Counted from the first letter of the stretch, positions 19,661 through 29,430 are shown. The stretch is 64,000 bases of DNA from a virus (IMGVR_UViG_3300031994_000003:130820-194819), one strand, 5' to 3'. Translations and numbers: made by a program. The notes: generated by a model not told the origin, from the sequence alone.

Positions 19661-20617
19661 ATGAACAATTTACAATTAAACTTATTTGAAAGCACAAATG
19701 CTAATTTTAGATTAGCAGTACAGGGAATGTTTGTTAAGAAAAACATTCAAACTAATAGTGATACACCATTAGTAAAAGTATATAATAGTGGTACAGTTAT
19801 TGCTGGCCCAAATGTATTCTTAGTATTTACTTATATGACAGATAGTTTTGAAACATCAAAGTCTGTTTATACATCTAATCCACATTTATTTAAGATTAGA
19901 AAGGCATTAAAATTCTTATCTGATGGAATTGAAGCTGGCGCATTTATTAATAATAATGGAACACTTATTGTTGATGATAGATATGCACAACCTCAAATCA
20001 TTTCAAATATTGGTAAGAAAAATTCATTTATCTCATTTAGATTAGTTGCAGATGGTCTTGTTGATGCATCTAACAATGCAATCCCTTCAGTTGAAGTTGC
20101 ATTAAGTGATGCTCCTAGTGTATCAATTTTAACAATTGATGAATTCTATGCAGTATATGAAATTATTGAAAAAGTTAGTCTTCCAGAAATGGCAATGATT
20201 TTATCAGTTGCACAAATTCAACAATTAAGTGCCCCAGCACCACGTCCTCAACAAAATCAACAAGGATATACTAGACAACAACCTCAACAAACTCAAAGAG
20301 TATGGCAACCTCAACAAACTGCACAACCTCAAACACAAAGTTATGCAACAGGAGGATACCGTCCTCAACCAGCAACAGCACCAAGACAAACACAACAAAT
20401 GAATACTGGGGTTGCTGGAGTGGATCCAACTGATCAAATGGCTCATGCTGAAGTAAATCCATATAATTTTCAAACACCAAAGTCTAATGCAATGGCACCA
20501 AGATCAAATGCTGCTGGAACATCATTAATGGGTAATGCTGATATCGAAAGTATTCCAACTGATGATTTAGATTTAGGTGATGAAGGTTTATCAGATTTAT
20601 TCGCTAAAGGAAACTAG
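19661..20617 (+). CDS. Hypothetical protein, candidate ssDNA-binding protein
   Basis: Globular N-domain, Q/P-rich linker and acidic tail DDLDLGDEGLSDLF; adjacent to the helicase. The architecture is only suggestive. Confidence 0.4.
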   Translation: MNNLQLNLFESTNANFRLAVQGMFVKKNIQTNSDTPLVKVYNSGTVIAGPNVFLVFTYMTDSFETSKSVYTSNPHLFKIRKALKFLSDGIEAGAFINNNGTLIVDDRYAQPQIISNIGKKNSFISFRLVADGLVDASNNAIPSVEVALSDAPSVSILTIDEFYAVYEIIEKVSLPEMAMILSVAQIQQLSAPAPRPQQNQQGYTRQQPQQTQRVWQPQQTAQPQTQSYATGGYRPQPATAPRQTQQMNTGVAGVDPTDQMAHAEVNPYNFQTPKSNAMAPRSNAAGTSLMGNADIESIPTDDLDLGDEGLSDLFAKGN

Positions 20618-20632
20618 TTATAGTAAGGAGAG

Positions 20633-21166
20633 ATGCGTATGCGTAAAAATAATTACGACGACAATGATATCGTAAGGGTTTCAATTGAAAAAGCAGACGC
20701 TGTAAAATTAATGAAGAAAGAGAAACCTAAAAAGGGTTCTAAATCTATCAAACCACTTACAATAACTCCGACTGATGAAGATACGCCTATTAAAACTGCA
20801 ATAGTTAATCAAATTAATTCTCGTAATTTAACTTATGATGATTTAAAAGAATATTGCTTTAACTTAAAGGGTAATCAAGAAGAAGGTATTCGTCTTTGTT
20901 ATAATATTATTTCAGGTTTGCGTTATAGACCATCAATGATGGATAGTACAGTATCAATATTAATGGATTTCTTAAATGTTGATATGTTATTAGTTCCAAG
21001 AAATGAAGATTCTATAACAGCAGCATCTTATAATTTAATACAAAGATTAAAGCAAGAGCCAGAACGTTTATATGAAACATTAGAATTTATCAGAAGTGAA
21101 GTAGAAAAATTTGATGAATCTGGAGAAGATGAATCAGATTATACTCCTGATGAAGAAGATGAATAA
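20633..21166 (+). CDS. Hypothetical protein (possible helical DNA-binding domain, acidic tail)
   Basis: AAGGAG SD; 177 aa. Confidence 0.7.
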   Translation: MRMRKNNYDDNDIVRVSIEKADAVKLMKKEKPKKGSKSIKPLTITPTDEDTPIKTAIVNQINSRNLTYDDLKEYCFNLKGNQEEGIRLCYNIISGLRYRPSMMDSTVSILMDFLNVDMLLVPRNEDSITAASYNLIQRLKQEPERLYETLEFIRSEVEKFDESGEDESDYTPDEEDE

Positions 21167-21171
21167 TATAA

Positions 21172-21220
21172 ATATATTATAAATTAAGATAGGATAGAGA
21201 GCATTAATTCTCTATCCTAT
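21172..21220 (+). promoter_or_regulatory. Early-type motif ATATATTAT plus a 12-bp stem hairpin
   Basis: ATAGGATAGAGA-GCATTAAT-TCTCTATCCTAT at 21189-21220 with no U-tract. Confidence 0.5.
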
Positions 21221-21250
21221 TATTTATAATTTAGCATTAAGGAGAATATT

Positions 21251-22099
21251 ATGGAAGAAACATTGAATGAAAAAGAGTTAAAGAAAAAATTAAAAGAAGA
21301 AGCAAAGGCTAAAAAGGAGGCTGAAAAATTAGAGAAACAAAAACAAAAAGAAAACACTAAGATGTTAATGTCAATATGTGACTTTTTTAAAGATATCTAT
21401 GATTATTTGTCCCTCCAATTAAAAACTTCTGTAGAAAACATCTATTTTCAAACAAAACAATTAAAAAATGAAGAAGATAAGATGGAAAATAAATTATTTG
21501 TATTATTTGATGACTTTGATTATTGTCGTGTTTATATGCGTTTAGCTGACTTTAATAATAATACATTTTATCAATGGATTATTGCAAATGAAGGATCTTT
21601 TAAATTATCTTTAGATGAAATTAACTTACTTAGAAAATTATCACAAAAACCAGGTAAAGGATTAAAGAATGTACCTGTTGAATTATCAACAAGTGAAACT
21701 AATTTTAATCTTAAGTATGATATTTATGATGGTGAAAATAAAATAAAATCAGAATGGATTAGAATATCAAAAGGAACTAGAGATTTTACTAATAGAGTTA
21801 AAAAATATATTAAAGATTTTAAATGGACTAAACAATTTTCAAATGTAAATTGGATGTTTAAGGATCCTATTTTTAGAGCATATTTAAACGACAAAAATGA
21901 AATTACAAATAATATAAAGGATAAGAAGATATTAGAAATTGCTTCTAAAGAAATACTTGTTGAACAAAAATCTGAAGAAACTCAATATAATTTGATGCTA
22001 TGTGAAGATAATAATAAACCTTATAGCTATATAATGCTAGTAAGTAGCAGTAAAGATATGAGGGTTTATGTTTGTCAAGTATTAAAGGTAATTTATTAA
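21251..22099 (+). CDS. Hypothetical protein
   Basis: AAGGAG SD; 282 aa; K/E-rich N-terminus. Confidence 0.75.
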   Translation: MEETLNEKELKKKLKEEAKAKKEAEKLEKQKQKENTKMLMSICDFFKDIYDYLSLQLKTSVENIYFQTKQLKNEEDKMENKLFVLFDDFDYCRVYMRLADFNNNTFYQWIIANEGSFKLSLDEINLLRKLSQKPGKGLKNVPVELSTSETNFNLKYDIYDGENKIKSEWIRISKGTRDFTNRVKKYIKDFKWTKQFSNVNWMFKDPIFRAYLNDKNEITNNIKDKKILEIASKEILVEQKSEETQYNLMLCEDNNKPYSYIMLVSSSKDMRVYVCQVLKVIY

Positions 22100-22106
22100 A
22101 ATTATT

Positions 22107-22137
22107 AAAAGATAAAGTTAATCTTTATCTTTTTTTT
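22107..22137 (+). terminator. Intrinsic terminator
   Basis: AAAAGATAAAG-TTAAT-CTTTATCTTTTTTTT. Confidence 0.7.
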
Positions 22138-22153
22138 ATTAAATAATATCCTG

Positions 22154-22167
22154 AACAATCTATTATA
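22154..22167 (+). promoter_or_regulatory. Late-type promoter AACAATCTATTATA
   Basis: Recurrent motif immediately before the AAAGGAG SD of the TrkA-C gene. Confidence 0.65.
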
Positions 22168-22180
22168 GTTAAAAGGAGCT

Positions 22181-22918
22181 GTGATATGTATGAAGGCAGT
22201 CATGTGTATAATTTTATTATTTGCATTTATAATCATGTATTTTATTGCATGTAAAATATTCTCTAATTTATTTGAATTAACTGGATTGTCAAAATCAAAA
22301 TCAAAATTCCAAGCATATTCATTATTTATCGGATGTGGATTTACAACATCAGAGTCAGAATTAATTATGTATGATCCAACAAGAAGAAAGCTTGCAATCG
22401 TATGTTCAATTACTGGATTTATATTCTCAACATTAATTATTGGTGTAACAATTGGTGTTGTTACAGCATTAGATTTCCATAGTGATGCATCTGGTGCATA
22501 TATAAGAAATATTTTATTAACTTTTGGTTTATCTGTAGTATCATTATTTTTAGTTATTATATTCTCTAAAGTTAAACCAGTTGCAAATGTATTTAATGGA
22601 TTATTAAAAAAGATATTTAATAAATTACATAAATCAGATGATGATAATGTTATTATCTTCACAGATATGATTTATGATAAATTTATAGCAACAATAGAAT
22701 TAAATAAAGTACCAAGAAAATTATATGGAATTAAATTTGGTGATATTGGATTTGGAACTAAATATGATATTAAAGTTTTAATATGCGGTAAAAAAGATAT
22801 TGGAATGACAAGTAAAATTAGTGATGATTATATATTTAGTGATGGAATATATTTACAAGTATTTGGTGATTCTAAACAAATAATGGAATTATTTAAATGT
22901 AAAGAACAAAAAGAATAA
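22181..22918 (+). CDS. Membrane protein with a K+-channel-like pore segment and C-terminal TrkA-C (RCK_C) domain
   Basis: LTGLS...SKFQAYSLFIGCGFTTSESELIM..P.RRK is characteristic of Bacillota TrkA-C membrane proteins; C-terminal GI.F.DI....YDI.VL...D.IF..G.YL.VFG. Confidence 0.75.
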   Translation: MICMKAVMCIILLFAFIIMYFIACKIFSNLFELTGLSKSKSKFQAYSLFIGCGFTTSESELIMYDPTRRKLAIVCSITGFIFSTLIIGVTIGVVTALDFHSDASGAYIRNILLTFGLSVVSLFLVIIFSKVKPVANVFNGLLKKIFNKLHKSDDDNVIIFTDMIYDKFIATIELNKVPRKLYGIKFGDIGFGTKYDIKVLICGKKDIGMTSKISDDYIFSDGIYLQVFGDSKQIMELFKCKEQKE

Positions 22919-22938
22919 TCTTAATGATTATTCTTTTT
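22908..22938. terminator. Bidirectional terminator
   Basis: AAAAAGAATAATC-TTAAT-GATTATTCTTTTT between convergent genes. Confidence 0.75.
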
Positions 22939-22952
22939 TTATATATAATATA

Positions 22953-23657
22953 TTATGCTATAAAAATTTTTGGAGCATCAGAATCTCTTAATACATTCTC
23001 ATGGAATTTTTCTAATAATTGTTCTCTTTCATCATGTGCTCTCTCAACTTGTTCTAAGAATAAGTTAATGCTTCCATATGGGGAACTAATATTTTCAAAT
23101 TTCTTTCTTATTGGGTATAAAGATTCTAATACATCTAATAGTGCTAAATGTAAGAAATCATCTCTTAATGATTCTTTAATAGTTCTTAAATGTTTTGGAT
23201 GAACAGCTTTTACTGTTACAATAGCTGAACGTCTTAACCATAATTTTGGAAAAATTTCAATATGATTTGGAGCAATGAAATGTGATGTAACAGGAGTTTG
23301 AGTTACTGATCTGAAATCTGCAAATAGTTGAGAATCATATGGATTTGCAAATCCTTGCACTAATCCTGAGTTATAACCTAAGTTATAAAATTCACCAACT
23401 TGTACTTTACTAATTCCCATTACTTCTAATCCATCTATATCTGGAAGTATATATGTTGATTTTCCTGCAACAACTTCATCTTTCTCTGTTACTAATACTC
23501 TAAATCTATATGGAAAATATTTACTAAATGTTGGAATTGTATGTTGAAATACTACTGCCATCATTTCATCATCTGATAACTCGATATCATATACAACTGC
23601 TCCAATTTGTCTTTTTATATGTCGTATTACATCAGTAGGAGTTAATCCTCTATACAT
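22953..23657 (-). CDS. Neck/head-completion protein (T4 gp13-like)
   Basis: N-terminal VIRHIKRQIGAVVYDIELSDDEM matches the gp13-type pattern; C-terminal R.KF..I....G.I.L. Confidence 0.6.
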   Translation of the reverse strand: MYRGLTPTDVIRHIKRQIGAVVYDIELSDDEMMAVVFQHTIPTFSKYFPYRFRVLVTEKDEVVAGKSTYILPDIDGLEVMGISKVQVGEFYNLGYNSGLVQGFANPYDSQLFADFRSVTQTPVTSHFIAPNHIEIFPKLWLRRSAIVTVKAVHPKHLRTIKESLRDDFLHLALLDVLESLYPIRKKFENISSPYGSINLFLEQVERAHDEREQLLEKFHENVLRDSDAPKIFIA

Positions 23658-23661
23658 AATA

Positions 23662-24150
23662 TCACTCCTTATTCTTTAAACATTTCTGTAGGATATTATT
23701 TAATTGTTTCATTTTAGACTGGAATGATTCATTGTGATCTAAAATGGCAACCATTCCACCTCTAAGATGTGGATCTTTAGTGTTTTCTTTAATTGCAGTT
23801 TTTACAATTGTTTTTGCAGAATCATAATCTGATTTTGTTCCATATTTTTTAATAAGTTTTAATGCTTTTCTAACTGTAATTTTATCATTTACAGAACTAT
23901 TTTTTACTAAGGTATTTCTTCCTGAAATTGATTGTAATTTATAATCTAAAATATGAATAGCTACAGCAAATGCTAAACTACCGGCGATAAAACCACCAGT
24001 TATAAGACCAGCAGCTACAGCACTTTCATTTAATTTATTATTGAATATAATATCATTTGAGACACTTTCATATACTTTTTGATCAATCGGCATATTTTTA
24101 ATTCTAACAACTTCAATTTGTTCATTTAATGGTTTGAATAATTTATTCAT
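23662..24150 (-). CDS. Putative internal head protein (propeptide ending LNE, then hydrophobic and basic segments)
   Basis: GAGGTG SD, late-type promoter; N-terminus paralogous to 25260..25445. Confidence 0.6.
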   Translation of the reverse strand: MNKLFKPLNEQIEVVRIKNMPIDQKVYESVSNDIIFNNKLNESAVAAGLITGGFIAGSLAFAVAIHILDYKLQSISGRNTLVKNSSVNDKITVRKALKLIKKYGTKSDYDSAKTIVKTAIKENTKDPHLRGGMVAILDHNESFQSKMKQLNNILQKCLKNKE

Positions 24151-24167
24151 TATATCACCTCATTCGC

Positions 24168-24229
24168 TATAATAGATTGTTCTGGTTTTTTATACTTATT
24201 AGCCAATTATTAGCGAACAATATATTATA
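24168..24229. promoter_or_regulatory. Divergent pair of late-type promoters
   Basis: AACAATCTATTATA (minus, 24168-24181) and AACAATATATTATA (plus, 24216-24229). Confidence 0.65.
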
Positions 24230-24254
24230 ATTAATGTAACGAAAATAATAAGGA

Positions 24255-25223
24255 GTGATTAGAATGTATAACAATATTCCATTACTAATAAAATACTATA
24301 AAGAAGGTAAAATAAGCGAATTCACATTATGTTCTGAATTATCAGATATATTATCAGATGAAAATTATGCAAATATTATATTAACTAAAGATACAGTATC
24401 TGCAACAACAAATTCATTTGTTGCAGCATTAATGCCAGAAAAGGGCAATAATGGTTTAAAAGTTAATTATGTTATCGATAAGAAAGCAGTTGCATCAGAT
24501 ATAGTTACTGATGAAGATGTAGCAAATTGTTTATTAGCTTTAAAAACAAATGCACAGAATATTTTAGCGGCATATATAAAAGAACTAAATCAGGTTAAAA
24601 TGGTTGATTTTGCATTAAGCGATGCAGTATTAATTTATTCTAAAATATTTAGAATGTCTGTAAATTCATTCTCTGAAGAATTTAAGGCAAAAGCAAAAGA
24701 AATTAATTTAATTAAATATGATGAAATTGATGATGCTATAACTAAGATGCAAACAGATATAAGCAATGTTAATCAAGTAATTGAATGCCTATTAGTAAAT
24801 GATTTAATTCCAGATGTATTTATTGATACAGCAAAAGAAATGGTTACAAATCAAACAAAGACAAGAATTACAATTGGAGATGCTTTACCAAGTACAAATA
24901 TTATGCAAAGTAAATTTAACCATACACCTGAGGAAGATGATATATTCTCTGGTGGAGTTCAAATTAAAGAAAAGTTAAATGAAAGTAATCATGAAACAAT
25001 TTTTAAAGGAAATGTAAAAAAATTTAATAATAAACCATCTAAAAAAATAAAAGAATATAATGATGAATATAAACCTAAAGGCCATCCTGTAAAAAAAGAC
25101 AAGACTAATAAGCATAAAAAAAATCTAGCTCAATATGATTATGCAGAAGATGAAGATTATGTTGATTATAAAATTCATGAAGAAGCTACATTTACATTAG
25201 ATCTTAAAGAAAAAAAAGAATAA
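24255..25223 (+). CDS. Hypothetical late protein
   Basis: AAGGAG SD, 322 aa. Confidence 0.75.
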   Translation: MIRMYNNIPLLIKYYKEGKISEFTLCSELSDILSDENYANIILTKDTVSATTNSFVAALMPEKGNNGLKVNYVIDKKAVASDIVTDEDVANCLLALKTNAQNILAAYIKELNQVKMVDFALSDAVLIYSKIFRMSVNSFSEEFKAKAKEINLIKYDEIDDAITKMQTDISNVNQVIECLLVNDLIPDVFIDTAKEMVTNQTKTRITIGDALPSTNIMQSKFNHTPEEDDIFSGGVQIKEKLNESNHETIFKGNVKKFNNKPSKKIKEYNDEYKPKGHPVKKDKTNKHKKNLAQYDYAEDEDYVDYKIHEEATFTLDLKEKKE

Positions 25224-25244
25224 TCATTAAGATTATTCTTTTTT
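25212..25244. terminator. Bidirectional terminator
   Basis: AAAAAAGAATAATC-ATTAA-GATTATTCTTTTTT. Confidence 0.75.
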
Positions 25245-25259
25245 ATTATTATTAATTTT

Positions 25260-25445
25260 TTAATGACTTAATTTATCAAAAGATATAGTATCTTTTGCCA
25301 CTGTTGAATTTTCATTTAGAGCTTTTATGCTATTATTAAATATGATATCATTGGCAACTGACTCATATAATGTATTGTCAATTGGAGTTTTCTTAATTCT
25401 AACAACTTCAATTTGCTCATTTAGAGGATTAAATAATTTATTCAT
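25260..25445 (-). CDS. Short paralog of the N-terminus of 23662..24150 (61 aa)
   Basis: MNKLFNPLNEQIEVVRIKKTPIDNTLYESVANDIIFNN versus MNKLFKPLNEQIEVVRIKNMPIDQKVYESVSNDIIFNN; GGAGG SD. Confidence 0.65.
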   Translation of the reverse strand: MNKLFNPLNEQIEVVRIKKTPIDNTLYESVANDIIFNNSIKALNENSTVAKDTISFDKLSH

Positions 25446-25457
25446 TATTATTCCTCC

Positions 25458-28400
25458 TTACTTATTATTTTTTTCGCTAGCTGTTGTTGCAACTCTTGGT
25501 TTTCTTACAGATTCAGTTACAATGACTTTCTTAGGAATATATTTATTATTATGATAATCAAGTTTTTGAACTAACTTTTCATATTTAGCCATTAACTTAT
25601 CCTTTTTATAAGGATCTTTTTCATTATCGATTTTCATTTTTAATTCTTCGATTTTATCAGCTAACGCACTTTTCTTTTTACCATGATACCAGTTTTTGAT
25701 ACCTTCATTTAATTCACCATTATAGAAGTTTGCTAATGTTCCTTCATTAATAGCCTTACGAATTTTTTTAACATTATTTTCAGTAGCATCAAAAATTTCA
25801 GATTCTGTTAAAAATTCCATAATCATATCATCTGTCATAGATTCAACAACTACTTCACCAACATCATCAGCATCTTCATCATCAAATAATTCATCTTCAT
25901 CAGCATCAAATGCTTTTTCATCAGCAGCACCAGTCTCAACGGCCTTAGGAGCATCGTTAGTTCCTAATTCTTCATCTTCTTTTAATTGATTATCAGAATT
26001 AGCTTTATCAGATGCTACGTCATCAGCATCTTCTTCGCCATCAAAGTAATCATCTTTATTAACATCAAATGCTTTTTCATCAGCAGCACCAGCTTTTACA
26101 ACATCAGGAGTGTCATTAGTAGATAATTCAGCATCTTCTTTTAATTCATTTTCTTTATTAGCTTTATCAGATGCTACGTCATCAGCATCTTCTTCGCCAG
26201 GAAAATAATCTTTTTCATCAGCATCAAATGCTTTTTCATCAGCAGCACCAGATTCAACTGCCTTAGGAGCATCATTAGTAGATAATTCCATATCTTCAAT
26301 TAAATTTTGAACTCTTGCAGATGCTGTTCTATTATATTTAGCAATAATTGCTTCTTGTAATCTAGTTGCTAATACAGTAGCTTCAACCATTTCTTTAAAT
26401 AATCTATCGCCATTTTCATTAGCAATTGATAAAGCAACCTGTTCAATTAATTTAGCCTTATGTTCTTCTTCAGCGAAGTATTCAGCACCAAATGAAATTG
26501 CTTCTTCAAATGATGAATAAGATTCATGCTTACAAGAATCACATTCTTCTTCTTGATCCTTAATATCATCTTTATTTTCTTCAGTACCAATTTCAGCTGC
26601 TGCATCACTAGCTAATGTTGCATCAATATCGAATTGTTTATCTTCAGAAGTTTCACCTTGTCCTTGTGCATCTTCTTTGATAGTATCATCTTTAGACTTA
26701 TCTTCTTTATCAGAATCTTCTTCTGCATCATCTTCATCATCAGATTTATCTTCAGAATCTTCTTCTTTTTCCTTTTCATCATCTTCTGATTCGTCAGCAT
26801 CATCACACTTATCTTCAGATTCAACAACTACTTCTTTAACATCATCAGCATCTTCTTCGCCTTCAAATACTTCATCTTCTTTAGCTTCGAATGATTCTTC
26901 ATCTTCATCGCCAGATTCAACTGCTTGTGGTGCATCATTAGTAGATAATTCTTGATCTAAATCTTCATTGATAGATTGAAGGATATTGAAAATAGAGTTA
27001 AATGATTCAGTAACAACATCATCTTCTGGTGTAGCAGTAACAACTGTTTCATCTGCATCACCATCTGAATAGCCAGCTTCTTCAGCATCAACTAATTCTG
27101 GATTTTCATCAACATAATCTTCAGAAATTCCATAAGATTCTAAAATAGAATTTATAATAAAAGGAGTAGCATTAAAGCCTAAAGATTCTACTAATTCAAT
27201 TAATTCTGTTTTAACATCAGCATTTAAATCAGCAGATTCATGTTTTAATTTAGATTCAGCTTTATTTGCTGTTTCCTTAGCCTTTGCAACAGCCTTAGCT
27301 TGCTTTTGTTGTTCAGCCTTATTTACTATTTTAGAAACTTTATCATTTTGCTTAGCTGCAAATTCTCTTGACTTTTCAGCAGTATTTTTTGCAACTTCTG
27401 CTTTTGCTTTATTTATTGCTTCTTTTGCTTTACTACGTAGTTGTTCATTTTGTTCTTTATGATCTACTAAATGAGTTTGTACGTTTTTAACTAATTTATC
27501 TTTAGCTGCATCTCTAGTATCTTTAGCTTTTTGTTGTGCAGTAAGTTGATCGCTTAGAATTTTTTTCTCTTGTGTTTTTACTTTACCTTCATTTTTTAAT
27601 TCTTTTTTCTTATCAGCGCTATCTTTACTTGCTTTTTTATATTGAGCTAATCTTTCATTATAATAACTAGAATCTAAACTATTTCCTGCTTTTTTAGCAA
27701 ACTTTTTAAAATGCTTTAAGTCTGCTTTATTTTTACGTAAGTCAGATTTAATTTGTGCCATCTTATCTTTATTAGCAGCTTTAACATCATGTGCAGCTTT
27801 TTTAGCTTCTACTTTTCTAGTTTTACCATCTTCTACAGCTGCTGTAGCCTTATCATATTCAGCAACACTAGATTTGTATTGCTTTGCACTATTTTTAATT
27901 GTTTTAGATTTTCCAGCACTTCTTCCAGGAACATCTTCATTTTTATATACTTCTTTAGCAGCTTTCTTTGTTTCTTTCTTAGTATCAGCTTTAGCCTTAT
28001 CTAATAATTTCTTATCATTATCTTCTATTTTTATATCAGCATTTTTTTGTGCAGTATGGATTTTCTTAGCTGTTTTCCAACCATATTTAACAGTATCAGC
28101 TATTCTATGTCCTAAACGGCTTAAAGCGCCTTCATTTAATATATCATTAACTTCACTTATAGCAATAACTTCTTCAACAAGATCTAATGTAAATTCGAAA
28201 TTAGCACGTTCATCTTCTGATAAATTTTCAATATAATTATTAAAATCATCATTAGATAATTCCATTGCTTCAGTATATACTTCAAATGCATCATTTAAGA
28301 ATTCTTCATCTTCAACTAATACTGCCTTTACATCATCAGCTTCTTCATCGTCAAATCCCCATTCAGCCTTACTTGCTGAGAATTCTTTTTCATCTGCATC

Positions 28401-28985
28401 ACCAGATTCAACTGCTTCAGGTGCATCATTAGTAGATAATTCAGCATCTTCTTTTAATTCATTTTCTTTATTAGCTTCATCAGATGCTACGTCATCAGCA
28501 TTTTCTTCACCATCGAAGTAATCTTCTTTATTAGCATCAAATGCTTTTTCATCTGCTCCACCAGCTTTTACAGCATCAGGAGCATCATTAGTTCCTAATT
28601 CTTCATCTTCTTTTAATGAATCATCAGAATCTTCGTCTGCATCATCGTCTTCTTCAGCTTTATCTTCTTTATCTTCAGACTTATCATCAGAATCTTCTTC
28701 TTTTTCCTTTTCATCATCTTCTGATTTGTCAGCATCATCAGAGTCATCGTCTTCTTCAGTTTTATCTGCTTCAACGATAACTTCTTTTACATCATCAGAA
28801 TTTTCTTCTTTATCAAACCAGTCTTCCTTATTAGCACTGAATTCTTTTTCATCTGCATCACCAGATTCAACTGCTTCAGGTGCATCATTAGTTCCTAATT
28901 CTTCAAGAATACTATTAATTTCTTTTTCAATTTGAGCCTCATTTAACATAGACTCTAAGTTTTGTATATTTGTAGATTTTGCCAT
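25458..28985 (-). CDS. Large repetitive acidic/basic internal head (scaffold-like) protein, 1175 aa
   Basis: Seven EL[SG]TND[AT]P..V..G..DE..F..ADDV modules, many [LIV]xE sites and a central Lys/Ala-rich domain; late-type promoter at 29030-29043. Confidence 0.65.
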   Translation of the reverse strand: MAKSTNIQNLESMLNEAQIEKEINSILEELGTNDAPEAVESGDADEKEFSANKEDWFDKEENSDDVKEVIVEADKTEEDDDSDDADKSEDDEKEKEEDSDDKSEDKEDKAEEDDDADEDSDDSLKEDEELGTNDAPDAVKAGGADEKAFDANKEDYFDGEENADDVASDEANKENELKEDAELSTNDAPEAVESGDADEKEFSASKAEWGFDDEEADDVKAVLVEDEEFLNDAFEVYTEAMELSNDDFNNYIENLSEDERANFEFTLDLVEEVIAISEVNDILNEGALSRLGHRIADTVKYGWKTAKKIHTAQKNADIKIEDNDKKLLDKAKADTKKETKKAAKEVYKNEDVPGRSAGKSKTIKNSAKQYKSSVAEYDKATAAVEDGKTRKVEAKKAAHDVKAANKDKMAQIKSDLRKNKADLKHFKKFAKKAGNSLDSSYYNERLAQYKKASKDSADKKKELKNEGKVKTQEKKILSDQLTAQQKAKDTRDAAKDKLVKNVQTHLVDHKEQNEQLRSKAKEAINKAKAEVAKNTAEKSREFAAKQNDKVSKIVNKAEQQKQAKAVAKAKETANKAESKLKHESADLNADVKTELIELVESLGFNATPFIINSILESYGISEDYVDENPELVDAEEAGYSDGDADETVVTATPEDDVVTESFNSIFNILQSINEDLDQELSTNDAPQAVESGDEDEESFEAKEDEVFEGEEDADDVKEVVVESEDKCDDADESEDDEKEKEEDSEDKSDDEDDAEEDSDKEDKSKDDTIKEDAQGQGETSEDKQFDIDATLASDAAAEIGTEENKDDIKDQEEECDSCKHESYSSFEEAISFGAEYFAEEEHKAKLIEQVALSIANENGDRLFKEMVEATVLATRLQEAIIAKYNRTASARVQNLIEDMELSTNDAPKAVESGAADEKAFDADEKDYFPGEEDADDVASDKANKENELKEDAELSTNDTPDVVKAGAADEKAFDVNKDDYFDGEEDADDVASDKANSDNQLKEDEELGTNDAPKAVETGAADEKAFDADEDELFDDEDADDVGEVVVESMTDDMIMEFLTESEIFDATENNVKKIRKAINEGTLANFYNGELNEGIKNWYHGKKKSALADKIEELKMKIDNEKDPYKKDKLMAKYEKLVQKLDYHNNKYIPKKVIVTESVRKPRVATTASEKNNK

Positions 28986-29029
28986 TTCTAAGCAATCCTC
29001 CTCGTTCTTGATTTTTTCATAATATATTT

Positions 29030-29043
29030 TATAATTTATTGTT
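29030..29043 (-). promoter_or_regulatory. Late-type promoter AACAATAAATTATA
   Basis: Recurrent motif. Confidence 0.6.
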
Positions 29044-29094
29044 CTAAATATTTATATTAAAATGGTATTTTTTATATATTTTCATCATTTTTTA

Positions 29095-29430
29095 CTATAT
29101 ATTTAGTACATTATTTAATGTTGAATTTCTTGTAATGATGATTTTTTTACATGTCTTTGATATAATTGTTTCTGAGGCAATCTCATCATTTTCGATATTA
29201 ATAGCAACATATTTTAATGCATCTTTTCCGCATATAATATAAACAGTAGTATCTAATGTAACTGGATCAACATAAATATCAACATTGGTTAAATCATTTA
29301 GATTTAATTTTGATAAAAATGATGATTCTGTATTAGTTATCTTATATGGTAATGGATTGTAAATTAATTTATTATAATCTATTTTGTATTGAGAGTCATA
29401 GTAATAATTTGTATCTAAAAAAAATCTCAT
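29095..29430 (-). CDS. Hypothetical protein
   Basis: Coupled with the upstream ORF (TAATG). Confidence 0.65.
   Translation of the reverse strand: MRFFLDTNYYYDSQYKIDYNKLIYNPLPYKITNTESSFLSKLNLNDLTNVDIYVDPVTLDTTVYIICGKDALKYVAINIENDEIASETIISKTCKKIIITRNSTLNNVLNI

Noticed and set aside
22908..25244. Invertible segment bounded by inverted repeats
   Set aside because: The repeats are palindromic terminators at convergent gene ends, and there is no recombinase nearby. Kept only as a low-interest terminator-family note.
25850..28910. Recurrent DNA repeats (e.g. gcatcattagtagataatt, catcaaatgctttttcatc) as a CRISPR array
   Set aside because: They are degenerate, in frame, vary at third codon positions and encode protein repeats; no cas genes are present.
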